64,000 nt of DNA from Cenococcum geophilum. Taxonomy: Eukaryota. The stretch covers positions 10,478,001 to 10,542,000 of the forward strand of contig CP158636.1 of NCBI GenBank assembly GCA_050273025.1, given 5' to 3'. The notes under the pieces are model-generated. The model had not been told where the DNA came from. It was given only the letters and a program-made list of their open reading frames with translations, and did no database searches. The position numbers and the translations under genes are program-made. Shown here one piece after another: positions 26,276-39,676 of the stretch. Numbering within the stretch: position 1 is the first letter of the stretch; each line of letters begins with the position of its first letter.

Positions 26276-26612
26276 AGTTAGAGGTTAGTTATTAGAGAGA
26301 TAAAAGGTAAAATAAGTAAGGTAAATAAAGAAAAGGTAAAGCGGTAGATCTTATAATTGCCTATATATACCCATATAGAGGTAAAATTAGCTATTATTTA
26401 CTACTACTAGTTAGGGTAAATATAGCTAGACTTAGTGCTATATAGTTAAATAAGGGTATAATTATATAACTTATAGGAACTACCCTACCTAGCCTATTTA
26501 GGGCTAGGTGGCGGTCTAATACTACTAAACTCTTATAGTTTTTAATGCGAGCGATTTATTAAGTGCCTATAAAGAGGTAATTAGTTATTATAGTATAGTA
26601 AAATATAGGAGG

Positions 26613-29600
26613 TTATAGGCGTTACTATATTTCTTATTATTATATAAAGTTAGTATATATATACGCCGCTAGAGTTAAAGGGCTAGCCTATATCTATATA
26701 TACAGGCTCTATTGCTATAAAGTATTTACTATATAATAGGTAGTATTTCTAGTAAACGGCGATATATTATACTTATTAGAGGAGCTCTTGCTACACCTAG
26801 CCTAAAAAGACCAAAACCAACCAAAAGAACCCTGAAAAACACCTAGAGAATCCCCCTAAGATGCATGCATCGCAGGGGAGGCACACGTCAAACGACGGTG
26901 GCTCGCACTCGCGCGCGACCGCTAGAACTACGCCTAGCAATAGCCCTCCATAACAAAGACGGGCGAATACCACACTATAAAGCGGAAATACCTCTATTAA
27001 GAAGGCATCTAATAAAATACGAAGCCTATTAGACGCGTCTAGTATCTAAAATTATAGGGGAGTAACCGTTAGCTATAATAAACTAATATAGCTAGTAGAA
27101 TAGCTCCGCTAGTCTAGTAAACCTTAGGCACCCCTCTAGTAAACCCTTAATTAAATCCTCTAATGGCTAAGCAAAATTAAAAATAAGTATAACCCCCCCT
27201 TACGGGCGAACAGCACCTAGGCCGCTATAGCTGCGCTTTTACAGCACAGAAAACCTACCCCCCTTAAGTTAATAACTGGGTATATAATTATAATATAACT
27301 AAATATAGAATAAGCAGAGGGGTTTAAGGGATAATTAGAAACAGAAGTCCTTATAGAGATACGTAAAGAGGTCTATAACACTATTATAGTCTAACACCTT
27401 AAGAGCGGAGACATTAGAGTTACCCTAAAGGACCAATAGGTAAAGGAACGAGCCGTAAGGGTAGAGGATAGGCTAGGAGAACATATTGGCATAAAAGTAC
27501 TCCGCGAGGATTACCTAGTTAAGGTCCTAGCGATTCCTATAAGCCTTAGGGTAGAAAAGGGACGCTAGGCGGATAATACAGTAATTATATAAGAGATAGT
27601 AAGATAAACGGAACGCCTTATACTAGGACTTAAAATCACCTAAATCTAATAGCTTTAATAGGAAAATATAAACTAAGCATATAATAAGAATAATAAGAGG
27701 ACATAAGGGTTGCTAGAGACTTACTAGGGAGACGCCGGACAAACGCATAACTCCCTTATTATTAGCATATATACACTAGGAATGTAAAAACTCCTTATCT
27801 AAAAAGAAATAATTATAAATAGCCTTATATATAATATAAGGCTCTATAACCACAGACTACGCCTAAAATAATGCTATTGCTATATATAATAGGGACACAC
27901 CCAATCTATATACGCAGTATAGGTGTGCTGCGGCCACTATGCAGGCCCCCATAATATAAGACATTGCTTAAATTAAGACCAAATAAAATGCGTGAACTGC
28001 TACTAAAGCATATATAAGGCATAGGAGAGAGAAGACTGTATTAAATACAGGAGACGGAAGGCAAGGGCTTAATAGCTACGGGAATAACTATACGCTAGAT
28101 TATATAAATGGAAACAACAGGTAATAAGCTAGGGGGACGCAGGCGCCTTCCTAGCGTTTCCTACCTTTAATACTAGAGGGCTAGGCCAGCTATCCCAAGC
28201 CTTAACGGGCCAGAAGCGACGCCGTGCGATATCACTAAACCAATTAGGGATATAAGGGTCACAGGGGACATAAGGGAGAGGACGCCCCGTAGGAAGACCC
28301 CTATAGACAGTGATAGTAGGCTTAAAACCAGGATAATTAAGAATTAGACTTAATGCGGCAAATATAATATTTATAGCCGACCTATAAAGGGCATATAGCC
28401 GACTAGTAAGAATAGGGGAAGAACTAGTAATAATAACAGATTTAGATATAGAAGCGCTAATAGGAATATAAGACACGGGAATAAAAAGCTCTATACAAAA
28501 TAAGTAGTAATTAGGGTATAGATATAAGAGACAGAAGTTCCAAATATTCTAAAGAAAGTAGAAATAGAAGAAGCGAGGAATAAAGGAGAGTTAAAGGACC
28601 CTCACCGGGGGTCCGCCACCTATCTATTATATAGTATAACTACGGCAATATAAACCACCACCTTATAAGGCCCCTACTAGATAGTCTAGACTTAGAGAAA
28701 CACTATATCCTTACTATACAAGAACTGTATTATAATACCTTTATATAATTAACATACTACCCCTAAGGATTCTAGCTCCTATATAAACCAAAAGCAGCTA
28801 TACACGTGTACTTTATAATTAGCAAGGCTATTAGCCTGTCCTTATGGTCATAGCAGGCAGTTAACCTAAATATTATAGTTATAACAATCTAAACATATAG
28901 GGGACCGGTACAAATTATTAATATATATAACCCTAGGGTTAAAGGGGTCCTATAAACAGAGAATATTATATTGGTAATAAGCTTACTAGAAACCAAAGGT
29001 ATAGAGTTTATTCTACTAGGAGACATAAACCTCTACTACCTACGGTAGGGGGGTATCTATATTGCTATAAATTAACAGTTAGAGTGCCTACTAAGAGCTA
29101 TAAATATCTAGGGCCTTAAGCTAGCTACCCCCCTAGGAGCAATTATATGGTAATGAGGTACCACCAGAAGTATAATTAACCTCACATTTATGGACGAAGG
29201 CCTATACTAGAGACTTAAAAGGTACAACCCTAAAAAAAAATAGGCACTTACCCTAGACTATATCCCTATCTAGATATAGCTAAACCTAGATACTAAAGCG
29301 CAACTAAATAGAAAAAGATATATAATAAGGAAGCTTAAGATAAATAGTTTCCTTAATGCAGTTAAATAACAACTTCAAAACCTAGAAGAAATCCACCCAA
29401 TACTAAATGAGCGAGGCTTATTGGCTACCCCCGAGGAAATTAACCAAAGACTAGAAAGGATCTAGGCAGTAATTAAAAATAGGCTAAAAGAGCACTACCC
29501 GATCTTAAAACCGGGCCCCTATATACGATACGCATAGTCTATATAATACGCAGTTCTAGTTGCCAGCCAATAATAAGCAAGAAGGAAATATATAAGTAGC

Positions 29601-32493
29601 TATAACCTTAAAGACGAGAGACAATACAAAGATATAAGAAACCAGCTAAAGAATACCCTAAAAAAAGAAGCAAGGAATAACTGGAGATGGTTTATAAATA
29701 AGCATACTTTTAACCTAAGCCTCCCCTATAACAAGGGCCTTTAGGCTATAGCAAAATAGGCAAAAAAAAAGGCAGAGCGCCTAGTAAAAGACCTATACCT
29801 ACTACCCCTATAAAGAGCAGAAGAATTATAGGCTATAAATAACAATAATAAGAAGGTAAAGATCCTTATAGAAAGGTTCTTCCCCTAACTAGCTCTAGTA
29901 GACCTTAGTGATATTACGGGCGAAACACTGGTAACTCGCCTATGGGTCAACAGCGATATAATAACAGAGGAAATGGCTAGAACCATTAGCTGCCTTTTAA
30001 ACAATATAGCACTAGGACCAGATAGGATTCTAAATAAGGCCCTAAAAACATATAGGCCACTTATAGCACCTTAGCTTGTAGATATAGCTAAAGCATACTT
30101 TACTATAGGCTACTACCTATAACTTAGAAGATCTATAACAACAGTTATCCTATAAAAAGAAGGTAAAGTAGATTACTTAATCCTAGGAAGCTACCGCCCT
30201 ATTGCCTTAGAAAATACCCTTAGCAAGATCTTAGAAAGGGTAATAGCGGAATATATAGCAGATATAGCAAAAGAACACGCCCTACTACCATAAAACTAAA
30301 TAGGGGCAAAAAAGAACCGCTCAACACTATTAGCACTTACGCTACTTACTGCCACTATTAAATCTACATGGGCGATACAAAAGGACTTTATAGTATTAAT
30401 ACTTAGCCTAAACATTAGTAGTGCCTATAACAATATACCCTACGAGCGTCTCCTATATATCCTTAGGGCAAAGGGCTTCCTAAAATAGATTATATAATTT
30501 ATCCAAGGGTTTATAGGCTAGAAAGAAATATTACTGGTCTTTAGCGGATACTAGAGCCCCCCTATTGCAGTTATAACAGAAATACTATAAGGATTACCCC
30601 TCTCGCCTATACTCTTCCTTTTCTTTATAAGTAACCTGCTTAACTCCTTTAAAGAAGGGGCGACCTAGGGGATAGGCTTTATTAACGACATAAACCTAAT
30701 TATATACGGGCTAACAGCCGCAAAGAATTATAAAACACTAGAGAAAGCTTATAATACTTATATAGAATAGGCAAAATATTATAGAGTCCAATTCTTACTA
30801 GAGAAATACTAGCTAATCTATTTTATAAGAAAACGCAACCAATCTACAGATCTTTAGCATATAATTCGCATCTAAGGCTTTAGAGGTTAACCAGTTTAGG
30901 GCCTAAGGGTATTAGGAGTATAGGTAGACAGCAAGCTCCGGTAGAGCATATATACGGCACAAGCAGCCCATAAAGGCTAAGCACAGTTCATTACTTTATC
31001 TAGGATTGTCAACTCTATATAGGGTCCATACTTTTAGAGGTTACGCCTACTATATATAGCAGTTATCCAGCCAACCATAACATATAGATCCAGTATTTAG
31101 GCCATTAAAGAAACTAAGAAGGGCCCCCCTAAATTACTCCTTAAACCACTTTAAAAGGTCCAGACAGCCTACCTTTAGAGTATTATAGGCGGGTACAAGC
31201 AAACGGCTATAGCACTACTTAAAAAGGAATTCAATATTCCCCCCCTACAGTTATATATTAAAGCCACTATAATATAAAGGACACAAAATAAACGTAACTC
31301 TAATATTATAAAGTACATTAAGATACGCCTAAGTAAACTATAGAGGGACCTTAGGGTGCCCTATAGGAGAATAAACCAACAATTCTAAAGTAGGAAAAAG
31401 ATATTAGAGAAACAGGTAAAGAAAGCAGAAGAAGAATAATGCCGCTTTAGGGCCTAGGCCTATATAGAGGAGAAAGGGAGACGTGTAAGAGGTTAGCAAA
31501 GACAACAGTAAGACAGAGAAAGGAGCTAAAGTAAAACACGTAAGAATGCCAGGAAACCATCTACCGCAATATAATACTAGTTAGACTAACGCTAGAGAGG
31601 TAAATAGAAGTTAAAGGTATAGAGGCTAACTTAGGTAAGACAAACCCAAGCTATAGCATAGTTAACGCCATAGGGGGTAAATACCTAAGGGCTCTAAGAA
31701 GGCCTAATAAAGGCAAAAAACATAATAGCAACACTCTTAAGAACAGGAATAATAGAACTAAAAGATTGGCTTTACTGGGTAGGTATTCTAGTAGGTAGCC
31801 TAAAATGCGAATATAGCTGGCTAAGACAGACACTAAAACACGTAATACTACTATGCCCCCTACACACCAATTAAGAAATAATACTCTTAGCAGCTAGCAC
31901 AAAGAACTATAATACACTACTCTTAATATAAAAAGGCCTTAAGGCGGTTACCCAGTGGCTTATTAGTTAAAATATACTAAATTAGTTCCGGGTTGCAAGG
32001 GAAATGGTAATAAAAGGCAAGGGGGCGAGTAGTAGGTGCCCCCTAGTAACTCTATAGTAGTAGAGTAATAGTTTATAATACTAGCGCGTCTATAGGCTTA
32101 TTACGGCAGCAGTGGTTCCTAAGGAGGTTAAATAGTAAGGTAGTAGAGCACTATAGGCGACTTATAGGCGCTAAGCAGGCGAGTCCCAAAAGGCGGGGAG
32201 ATAAATTACGGGGTTTTCTCATTTTTCTTAAATAGAGTTTTCTCCCTATATGTAAATAAGGAGTAGTCCGCGTGGGCCCAATAGGGATCCAAATCGGATG
32301 TTAAGCAATGAATTATTATTATTATACTTATTATAGGCGTTACTATATTTCTTATTATTATATAAAGTTAGTAGATATACGCACTATTAGAGTTAAAGGG
32401 CTAGCTAGCGTCTATATATGCAAACTCTATTACTATAAAGTGCTTAATATATAATAGGTAGTACTTCTAATAAACGGCGATATATTACACTTA
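26613..32493. repeat. Two 163-bp direct repeats (26613-26775 and 32331-32493), originally tandem, separated by the LINE
   Basis: Both start TTATAGGCGTTACTATATTTCTTATTATTATATAAAGTTAGTA and end AAACGGCGATATATTAYACTTA. Confidence 0.85.
26779..32320 (+). mobile_element. Full-length Tad1-like LINE (ORF1 with 3 CCHC knuckles; ORF2 APE endonuclease + RT), RIP-inactivated
   Basis: ORF1 knuckles at ~27870-28040. APE motifs IQE (~28720), GD.NLHH..WG (~29020), IDL and DH.PI. RT motifs APGPDGI (~30010), SYRPIALENTL (~30190) and GF.DD (~30680). (ATT)n tail. TSD ATTATACTTATTA (26766-26778 and 32321-32333). Confidence 0.95.
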
Positions 32494-33629
32494 CTTCATA
32501 ATTATTAGTATTATTATTACACTACTAGGTAGCACTTAAGGGCCTATTAGGTAAGTTTATTTGGAATAATAATTATCTAATATATAGGATACTTTTACAT
32601 CTATACCTAAATATCTAGTACTTATTTAAACGTATATCTACTATAAAAGGTAGTAGGAGGTTTTATATCTTATATTATAAGTTTATATAATTAATAGCAT
32701 TTTACAGCATTTTGCGGTATATTAGGGCATTTTAGGGTATTTTAGAATAGTAGACATATTATATATACCTAGTATTTAGCCGCTTAGCAATATTAACTTA
32801 TCTTACTATTTATCTATTTAGTGTTATATAAGAGGTTAGTGTTCTACTATAGTATTTATTACGTTAGAGTCTCTTATATTTAATATCTTTATTTTAAATC
32901 TATTTAAAACTATATATAGTTTTATAATATCCCGCTCCTTATCTAGTACTCTAGTAAGGGATTATTTAACTAATAATACCTTTTCTCTTACCAATTAAGG
33001 AAGGAAAAGACTTATACTTTTCAGTAGCGGTAAACTATACTTATTAGTGACATTTTTAACAGATTACGGTATTTAAGTTTCCATTTACCTATAATATAAT
33101 TAGCCTGCCTATAGTAAAGTACTTTTACTTTACTACTTACTTCTCTTTTTTCTTACCCTTCTATATATCTATATACTTATATTATAAACTATAAGAGCTT
33201 AATAATACTAGACTATTACCTAGCCTATATTAAGAGATAGGCAAAGTAGGGTAGTCCCCGTAACTTATACTATACCAGTCTTCCTCTATAGGTTAGTCTT
33301 ATTACTATAGATTTGCCCTTATACGCGTTTAACCTATAGAGTATATAACTATATACTTTACCGCTAAAGCCTTACTTATACAATTTTATTAAGGCGCGCC
33401 TTATTTTCTTACCTTTACTAGTTAACCTAACTCTACTAACTACCCTCCCTTACTCCTACCCTACTAGCATCTACCTTTATAACCGGTATCTTTATAAATC
33501 TATCTAGGCTATAAAGCCTTATAATATAGTAAGTCAGCTATCTTATCTTTAACCTTAGCTATATAATAGAGAATCTATATTTACTAATATATTTATATAA
33601 ACTACCGCTTAATACTACCTACTACTAAA

Positions 33630-36600
33630 ATAGACCTACCTACTAATTATTTTATAACTTATAACATTAACTACGTCTATAACTACAAAAAGTTTACTAA
33701 GAACGTTATAGTTTTTAAGATTACTTTAACTATAGCGGCCGTAGGCTTTAGTGTCTCGTAGGGCAATAATAAGGGCCCTATACTTAACGAGCCTCTTCTT
33801 CTAAAGCTTAGTAGTTTATACCTCTCAGCTAATAACGCTTTAAAATACTATCTCTATCTATCTACCGGCCATATACGCGCCAATTATCCTCTTAAGAAAG
33901 CTTCTTAACTTTATCGCGGCTATAGTAAGGCCAGTTATCTTAAAGCTAACTACCTTAACCCTATATATAATAATTATAAGGAAGCTAGTTATCTTAAAAG
34001 TAACTATTTTTATATAACGTATAACTAATATAGTACTATAGGCTATAGAAAGTAAGACTATCCCTAATTATTAGATAAGAAGAAGCGGACTTACCTAAAC
34101 TATAACTCCTTAAACCATTAAACCATCTTCTATAGTTAGGTATATAAGAACTATAGAGTTATAGGGCATAATATTAATAATTATATAAGTAAACCTACTT
34201 TAATTCGGGTAATAGACGCCGCAACTACTCTAGGCAAGATAGATACACTAAGTGCTACCGCTTTAAGTATAGCTGCTACCTCTCTATTACCTAAACCTTT
34301 TAATATAACTGGCTTCTATCTAGTAATAGATAGCCTAGTAAATAATCTAAACATCTATATAGAGGATAGTAATTTTATAATAACTAAACCTTTAGATATA
34401 CTCTAGCTTCTAAATAACAACTACCTTATAGTTTAGTTTATTACGCAAATTATTAAAGAGTATATTATAGCATATAGTATTACGTTCTAGGTATCTTATA
34501 AAACCAGTAAAATACCTACTTACCGTTTATATAAGATGGCGTCTATTTAATTTACAGAGGCTAATATTACCGGCAATATTAAGGTTAGCACTACTAATAC
34601 TACTTCTCTAGTTACTTAATAACTGTTACATCTAACCACGCTTAAGCATCTTACTTATATTCTCCCATAAGATGCTATAACCCTATAACTTTACTATATT
34701 AGGTTCGTTATCGCCTCTAATAAACTTACACTAGGTATACGCACGTTACTTAATAAGTACTTCTTTATTAATAGGGACTTTAGCCTATTTACGCCATAAA
34801 TCCACAAAGCTTAGGATATACTATTAAATAGTCCTATAGTTATTATCCACTTCTTTACACTAGACACTAAATAGCTTAGTAGTTATATTATAAGCCTAAA
34901 TATAAGCCTACAATAACAAAGCGTTAATAATCCTTTAGGTTACTAGTGGAAGAACTATAATATAAATATCTAGCTTAGTATATAGCTCTTAGTAAAGGAC
35001 TAACCATTATATAAAATCCCCGTAAGGTATTAGTTTAATAGCGTTCTTAAGTATTTTATAGTCTAGTTCTATACCGTAATCACAAGCCTTAAGGTCGTTA
35101 ACCAGAACCCCTAAGTACCCACTATTATTCGCCTTATTACCTTCTTAGGTAGCGCAGACTAAGTCTACTATACTACCATCTAGATAATTAATAGTCTTAC
35201 CCTTCGCACCAACTCTATTATTAATATCTTATTCCTAGGTAAAGACGTAAATAGCTAAGCTAGCTAAAAAGGAGTTATTATTAATACCACTCCCTTTAGC
35301 TCCGGCTATAACTACTATACTTTTATCTTTTAACTATAGGTAGATTATAAGTTTATACTAAACCCTATATTTGCTTTAGAGTATATCCTAAGCAATAACA
35401 ACTTTATAATAGTTAATAACCTAAGTAAGGCCCTAATTACGGCATAGGGTATTAAATATCTTATAACCAAGCGTGTCCCTAAGGTTAAAATCTCCTAAAA
35501 GATTAATACTCTACGCCACCTATAGTAAGGAGGCGGTAGTTTCTATATTAAGCGCCAAATTACGCTATCTAACAACTTCACAGATCTCCTGCGTATTAAT
35601 TACTTTAACTATAATATCACTAAGTATAGGAAGAACTCGGTTAATAATGCCCTTAAGGCCGTCTTGCCGCTACTTAACAAAGAGTAAACGGGTGCCTATA
35701 CTACGCTTAAATATATAATAGGCGGTATTTTACTAATCTAAGGCCCTAATAGTATTGGGAAATTTACCTTCCTAACTATTTTAGTATAATACCAGTATTA
35801 ACTTAGGTCGCCCTAGTAGGATCCTACTAAAACCTAGGTCTTATTACCGCTTAATCGCCAACTAGATATACTAGCTAAAATAATTAATAATACACTTATA
35901 GAGGACTATAAGGCACTAATTACGCAAGGCCATCCCGCTAAATTTCCTATCGTTCTTTACCGCTATATACGCTTAACGGAAACTAAGGTCTATATATAGG
36001 ATACTATTATATAGTAAACAGCGGCAGGCATTAATACTTATTTTAAGTATTTTAAGAAATAGGATAACTATGCTATAATTAATAAGGACGCATCTATACT
36101 AAATATAGTATTCCTACTCTACCGTACGTTTAAGGCTAGTAATACCACTAGCTTTAATAAGCGGTTATAGGTTATAGATTTATCTAAAGGTTAGTAGTTA
36201 TTACGCCTTATAGGTGTCCTAAATAGTAATAGAAACCTATATCCTATTACAGACCCTAATACAACTAAATACGCCAAATTCCGCTAATACTTATACTAAT
36301 TTACGCTTAGTAATAATATAACGCAAAACAATAAAATAGGATTAACACTCGCGGCTAATATAGTTATTACAGACCTGGCTAAGAAGGCTAATATTATTCT
36401 TATAATACCTAATATGGTCTTACAAACCCGTATATATTCCATTAGCGCCATATATACAGTTTTCCATAATAAGGCCAAAAAGGTATCTAAGCTAGGCAGT
36501 TTTACTAAATTCGCCTAGAGCAGACCATATTTAATTTAAGGAGGTCTATAAATCCAGGCTAGCAACCCTATGCCTTAGGTTCTCCTTAGTAATATATACT

Positions 36601-37700
36601 AACCAAAACTAATCCTTAGTCCCGATTTCAATAATCCGTTCTACTATTAAAAATCCATCTCTCTCTATATATATCTCCTCGCGGCTAGTGCGGATATAGT
36701 ATAGTTTTTACTATAATATTAATTCGTTAAAGACATTACATATTTTATAAATACCATCCTACTATATAGCTAGCTTTAGATAAGCCTAATAGTTAAGGAC
36801 TAAAAGCAGTTAAAGCTAGCGGCGAGCTTTTTTAAGGATATACTACGCTATGACTACCCTATCGCCTTCCTTGTTATTAATAGTACTATATAGGTAAACA
36901 AGTTTAGCTAATTAACGTATAACCTAGTCCACGCTTAACGCGTATTCTAGGTAGCCATAGCGCTAATAAACTTTAGATTTAAGCTATTAGAGGTTAGCCT
37001 TACCGTTCTATATATAGCCCAACTTACTATCTACTCCGCAGCGCTATATACGCTTAAAGAATAGTACTATGCCTAGCAAGATAGCAGCAAGTGGCGGGAA
37101 TTTACGCCAGTAGTTAGTGAGATTAAGGTCTTTACTATTAACGGCATCCAAGACAGCTAGGTAGAGTTATTAGTATACAATATAATAGTTACTAGTCCAC
37201 TAAATTTTATCTAAAACACGGCAAGGAACCTTTTTATAATTACTAGACTATAAGTGGGCCTTATTATTATTGGTAGTCCCTAAGTAGTCTATAATTATTA
37301 TACCGGCAATAAAACCTTTATAAATACCGCATACTATAAAATTAAGAAGTAGTATAAGAACAATAAGGTATTTATTAACCTTAAGAATCCTAAGTAGAAA
37401 GAGCACTTTTAGTAACTTATCGCCCTATTTAACGTTAATAAAACCATATAATATATCTACCGCCAGCGTACAGCCAATTACACGCCCATTTTATACAGCA
37501 TAGACGTTAACTTTAATATTACTATCCCTAACTTCGCGGGTGTAGCAAATATTAGTAGTACTAGTAATTATACTAAAGCGTGGAACAAGGCTAATAAAGA
37601 GGGCGCTAATAATAACGGCTAGGACGGTACTAGTAACAACAGCAAGAATAACAATAATAGAGAGGATGTTAGTGGCGTTAAAATATAAGGAGGGTGGTAA
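33630..37700 (+). pseudogene. Six CCHC zinc knuckles + UPF1-like SF1 helicase + acidic Gly/Trp tail (~1356 codons), cargo of the Plavaka element, RIP-inactivated
   Basis: All motifs fall in one frame. Six C-x2-C-x4-H-x4-C spacings at 33846-34184 (Cys read as TAT/TAC). Walker A LI*GPNSIGKFT at 35733-35768, HNKA (HDEA) at 36465-36476, TINGIQDS (TIDGIQG) at ~37134, RNL..ITR..VGLIIIG at ~37224-37275. Ends GGW-stop at 37700. The ATA start is inferred. Confidence 0.88.
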
Positions 37701-37839
37701 AAACAAATATTATAGACTTTACTAGCAGCAAAACCCTTAAATAGGGACACTAGATAGAAGTTAAGAGTAGTAGTAGCTACAGGCCTTTAGCATTTATAAT
37801 TTTACTATAGCACTAGATAAAATATGGCATATTATAACA

Positions 37840-38290
37840 TTATATATCACAGCCAAATAGGATAAACTCTTAACAATTATAATCTCCAAAATAGATAAGC
37901 GCATTACAGTAAAGATAGCCTAATTTATAAAGTCTAGTAATCCTAATTTCTATCCCTTATAGGCTAGCGGTTAATTAATACTAATCTATAATCTAGATTT
38001 TAAGTACTTAACCAGTTAGATTATAGTCTAGATATCTCACCAACAACCATAACTATTATTAATTACTCTCCGTATAGTATGGGCCGCCTTTATTTTTACT
38101 AAACTATAATAACCCCAAATAGTATCTAATCCTTTTCTTGCCATAGCTATTATCAAGGCAACGCAACTTAACTCCCTCTCCTACTTATATTAGGCAGTTC
38201 CCTAACCTAGGCTATACTATTCCTAGCATTAGCACACCCTTACCATATCTTAAAAAACTTATCGCTAAGGCTATAGGTCCTTAGGATAAT
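37840..38290 (-). pseudogene. Unidentified frame, possibly a degenerate protein-kinase-like domain
   Basis: Reads LWLLVRYLDYNL...IEIRITRLYKLGYLYCNA. This reverts to ..LHELGYLHCD (37900-37932), resembling kinase subdomains V-VIb. There is no clear K..N or DFG. Confidence 0.3.
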
Positions 38291-38529
38291 ACTTATTCTA
38301 CCCTACTAGCTACTAGCTAGCAAAATATAAAACAAATATAATATCTATATAATTGCCCCTAATAGAAGAGCCTATAGTAAAGGCAATTTACTATACTACG
38401 CCTAGATAACCTAAAATTATATATATAGGTAATAATCTCAGGGCTTCCTAGTGCGATAAAAGGTCTTACTATAAGGCAAACTTAACTAAAGTTACTATCT
38501 CCACATAGATTAGATTAACCGTAATTAAT

Positions 38530-39383
38530 TAATACCTTCTAGCCCGCCTAGTAAAGCGTATTGCGCTAGTAATAGAGCTAGATAAATATTAGCGATATAT
38601 TATAATTATAACGGATACCTACATACCATCTCTATAGATAGCCGTAAATATAGCCTAGCCCACCCTATAATAAACTACCCTTAATAGAGCAGCCCTTAAG
38701 GCCCTATCGTTTCGGATAGGCATAGTCTCTATATAGGCGGCCTATATCTACTCCTTATTACAATCCACCCCAGCCTCTAAAAATATCTTAACTAGTAGCT
38801 AATATTTGACTATACGTAGGCCTTAAGGCGCATTAGGCAGCGACACTAGACTTAAGGCCACGTCTATACTTAGGACTAAGTTTATACTATCTAGTTACCG
38901 CCTATAAAGTAGTATAACGAGTTATTTAAGATTATAGCCGCAGTTCTATATATAGCTAAGCGGGGACAAGCTCTATAAGTTTATAGCAGCTATATACCCC
39001 TTTTCCATATCTACTATATAGTTAATACTAGGCCGCCCTAACACCTTTATCTTTTTATATATATTTAACTATACGCGGGCTAGTATATTCTGTATAGCCT
39101 TATATACCTATAGCACTGGTACCTTCTCGCATTCTACTACCTAATAAATAACTTTCTGGATCACCTACTTATGTAGTAAATTATTTAGTTATCCGCAAAA
39201 TAAAATATATAGAATGCCGTCCTTAATAATAACCTACTTAAAAGTCCGCTTAATAGTATTAAGTCTCTCTATAGTAATACCTAAGCCAGTAATAAGCTAT
39301 ATATCTTTTTACGGGTCTATAGCGCTTACAGAGTTATACTACGCCGTATTTGCGGCATACCGCTATTATATATTACGTCCCAT
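38530..39383 (-). pseudogene. Hypothetical protein (~260-280 codons) inside the Plavaka element
   Basis: ATG at 39383 (MGRN...) opens a long frame with globular-looking composition in which all stops are TAA/TAG (RIP-compatible). No recognised motif. Confidence 0.45.
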
Positions 39384-39676
39384 CGTAAAAGATAGTCTAG
39401 TATCCTAAATAGGGAATAGTAGTATTTAAAATCCTATACTTAGTATAATAAAGAGGCGGCGCGACGTTGGTAATAAGTAGAGCCCCCTAGCCTAACGTAA
39501 CGCAATCTAGCGCAAACTAGCGTAAAATACATTAGGTTACGCCATCTAGCGCGTTCGCTTATAATATAGCATAAGCTATAAATACTACCTTAAATATACG
39601 GTTTTATATAGATATTATTTTCGGCCCCCTTTTAACTAAACTATAATAAGTTATAGCTTAATGCGGCAATTTATAA

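Noticed and set aside
33630..37700. Helitron RepHel or retroviral gag as the source of the helicase and zinc knuckles
   Set aside because: The motifs (QGPxGxGK, DEA, TIDGxQG, RNxxxTR) are UPF1-like rather than PIF1-like. There is no HUH Rep domain and no LTR/TSD around the gene, and the knuckles are in frame with the helicase.
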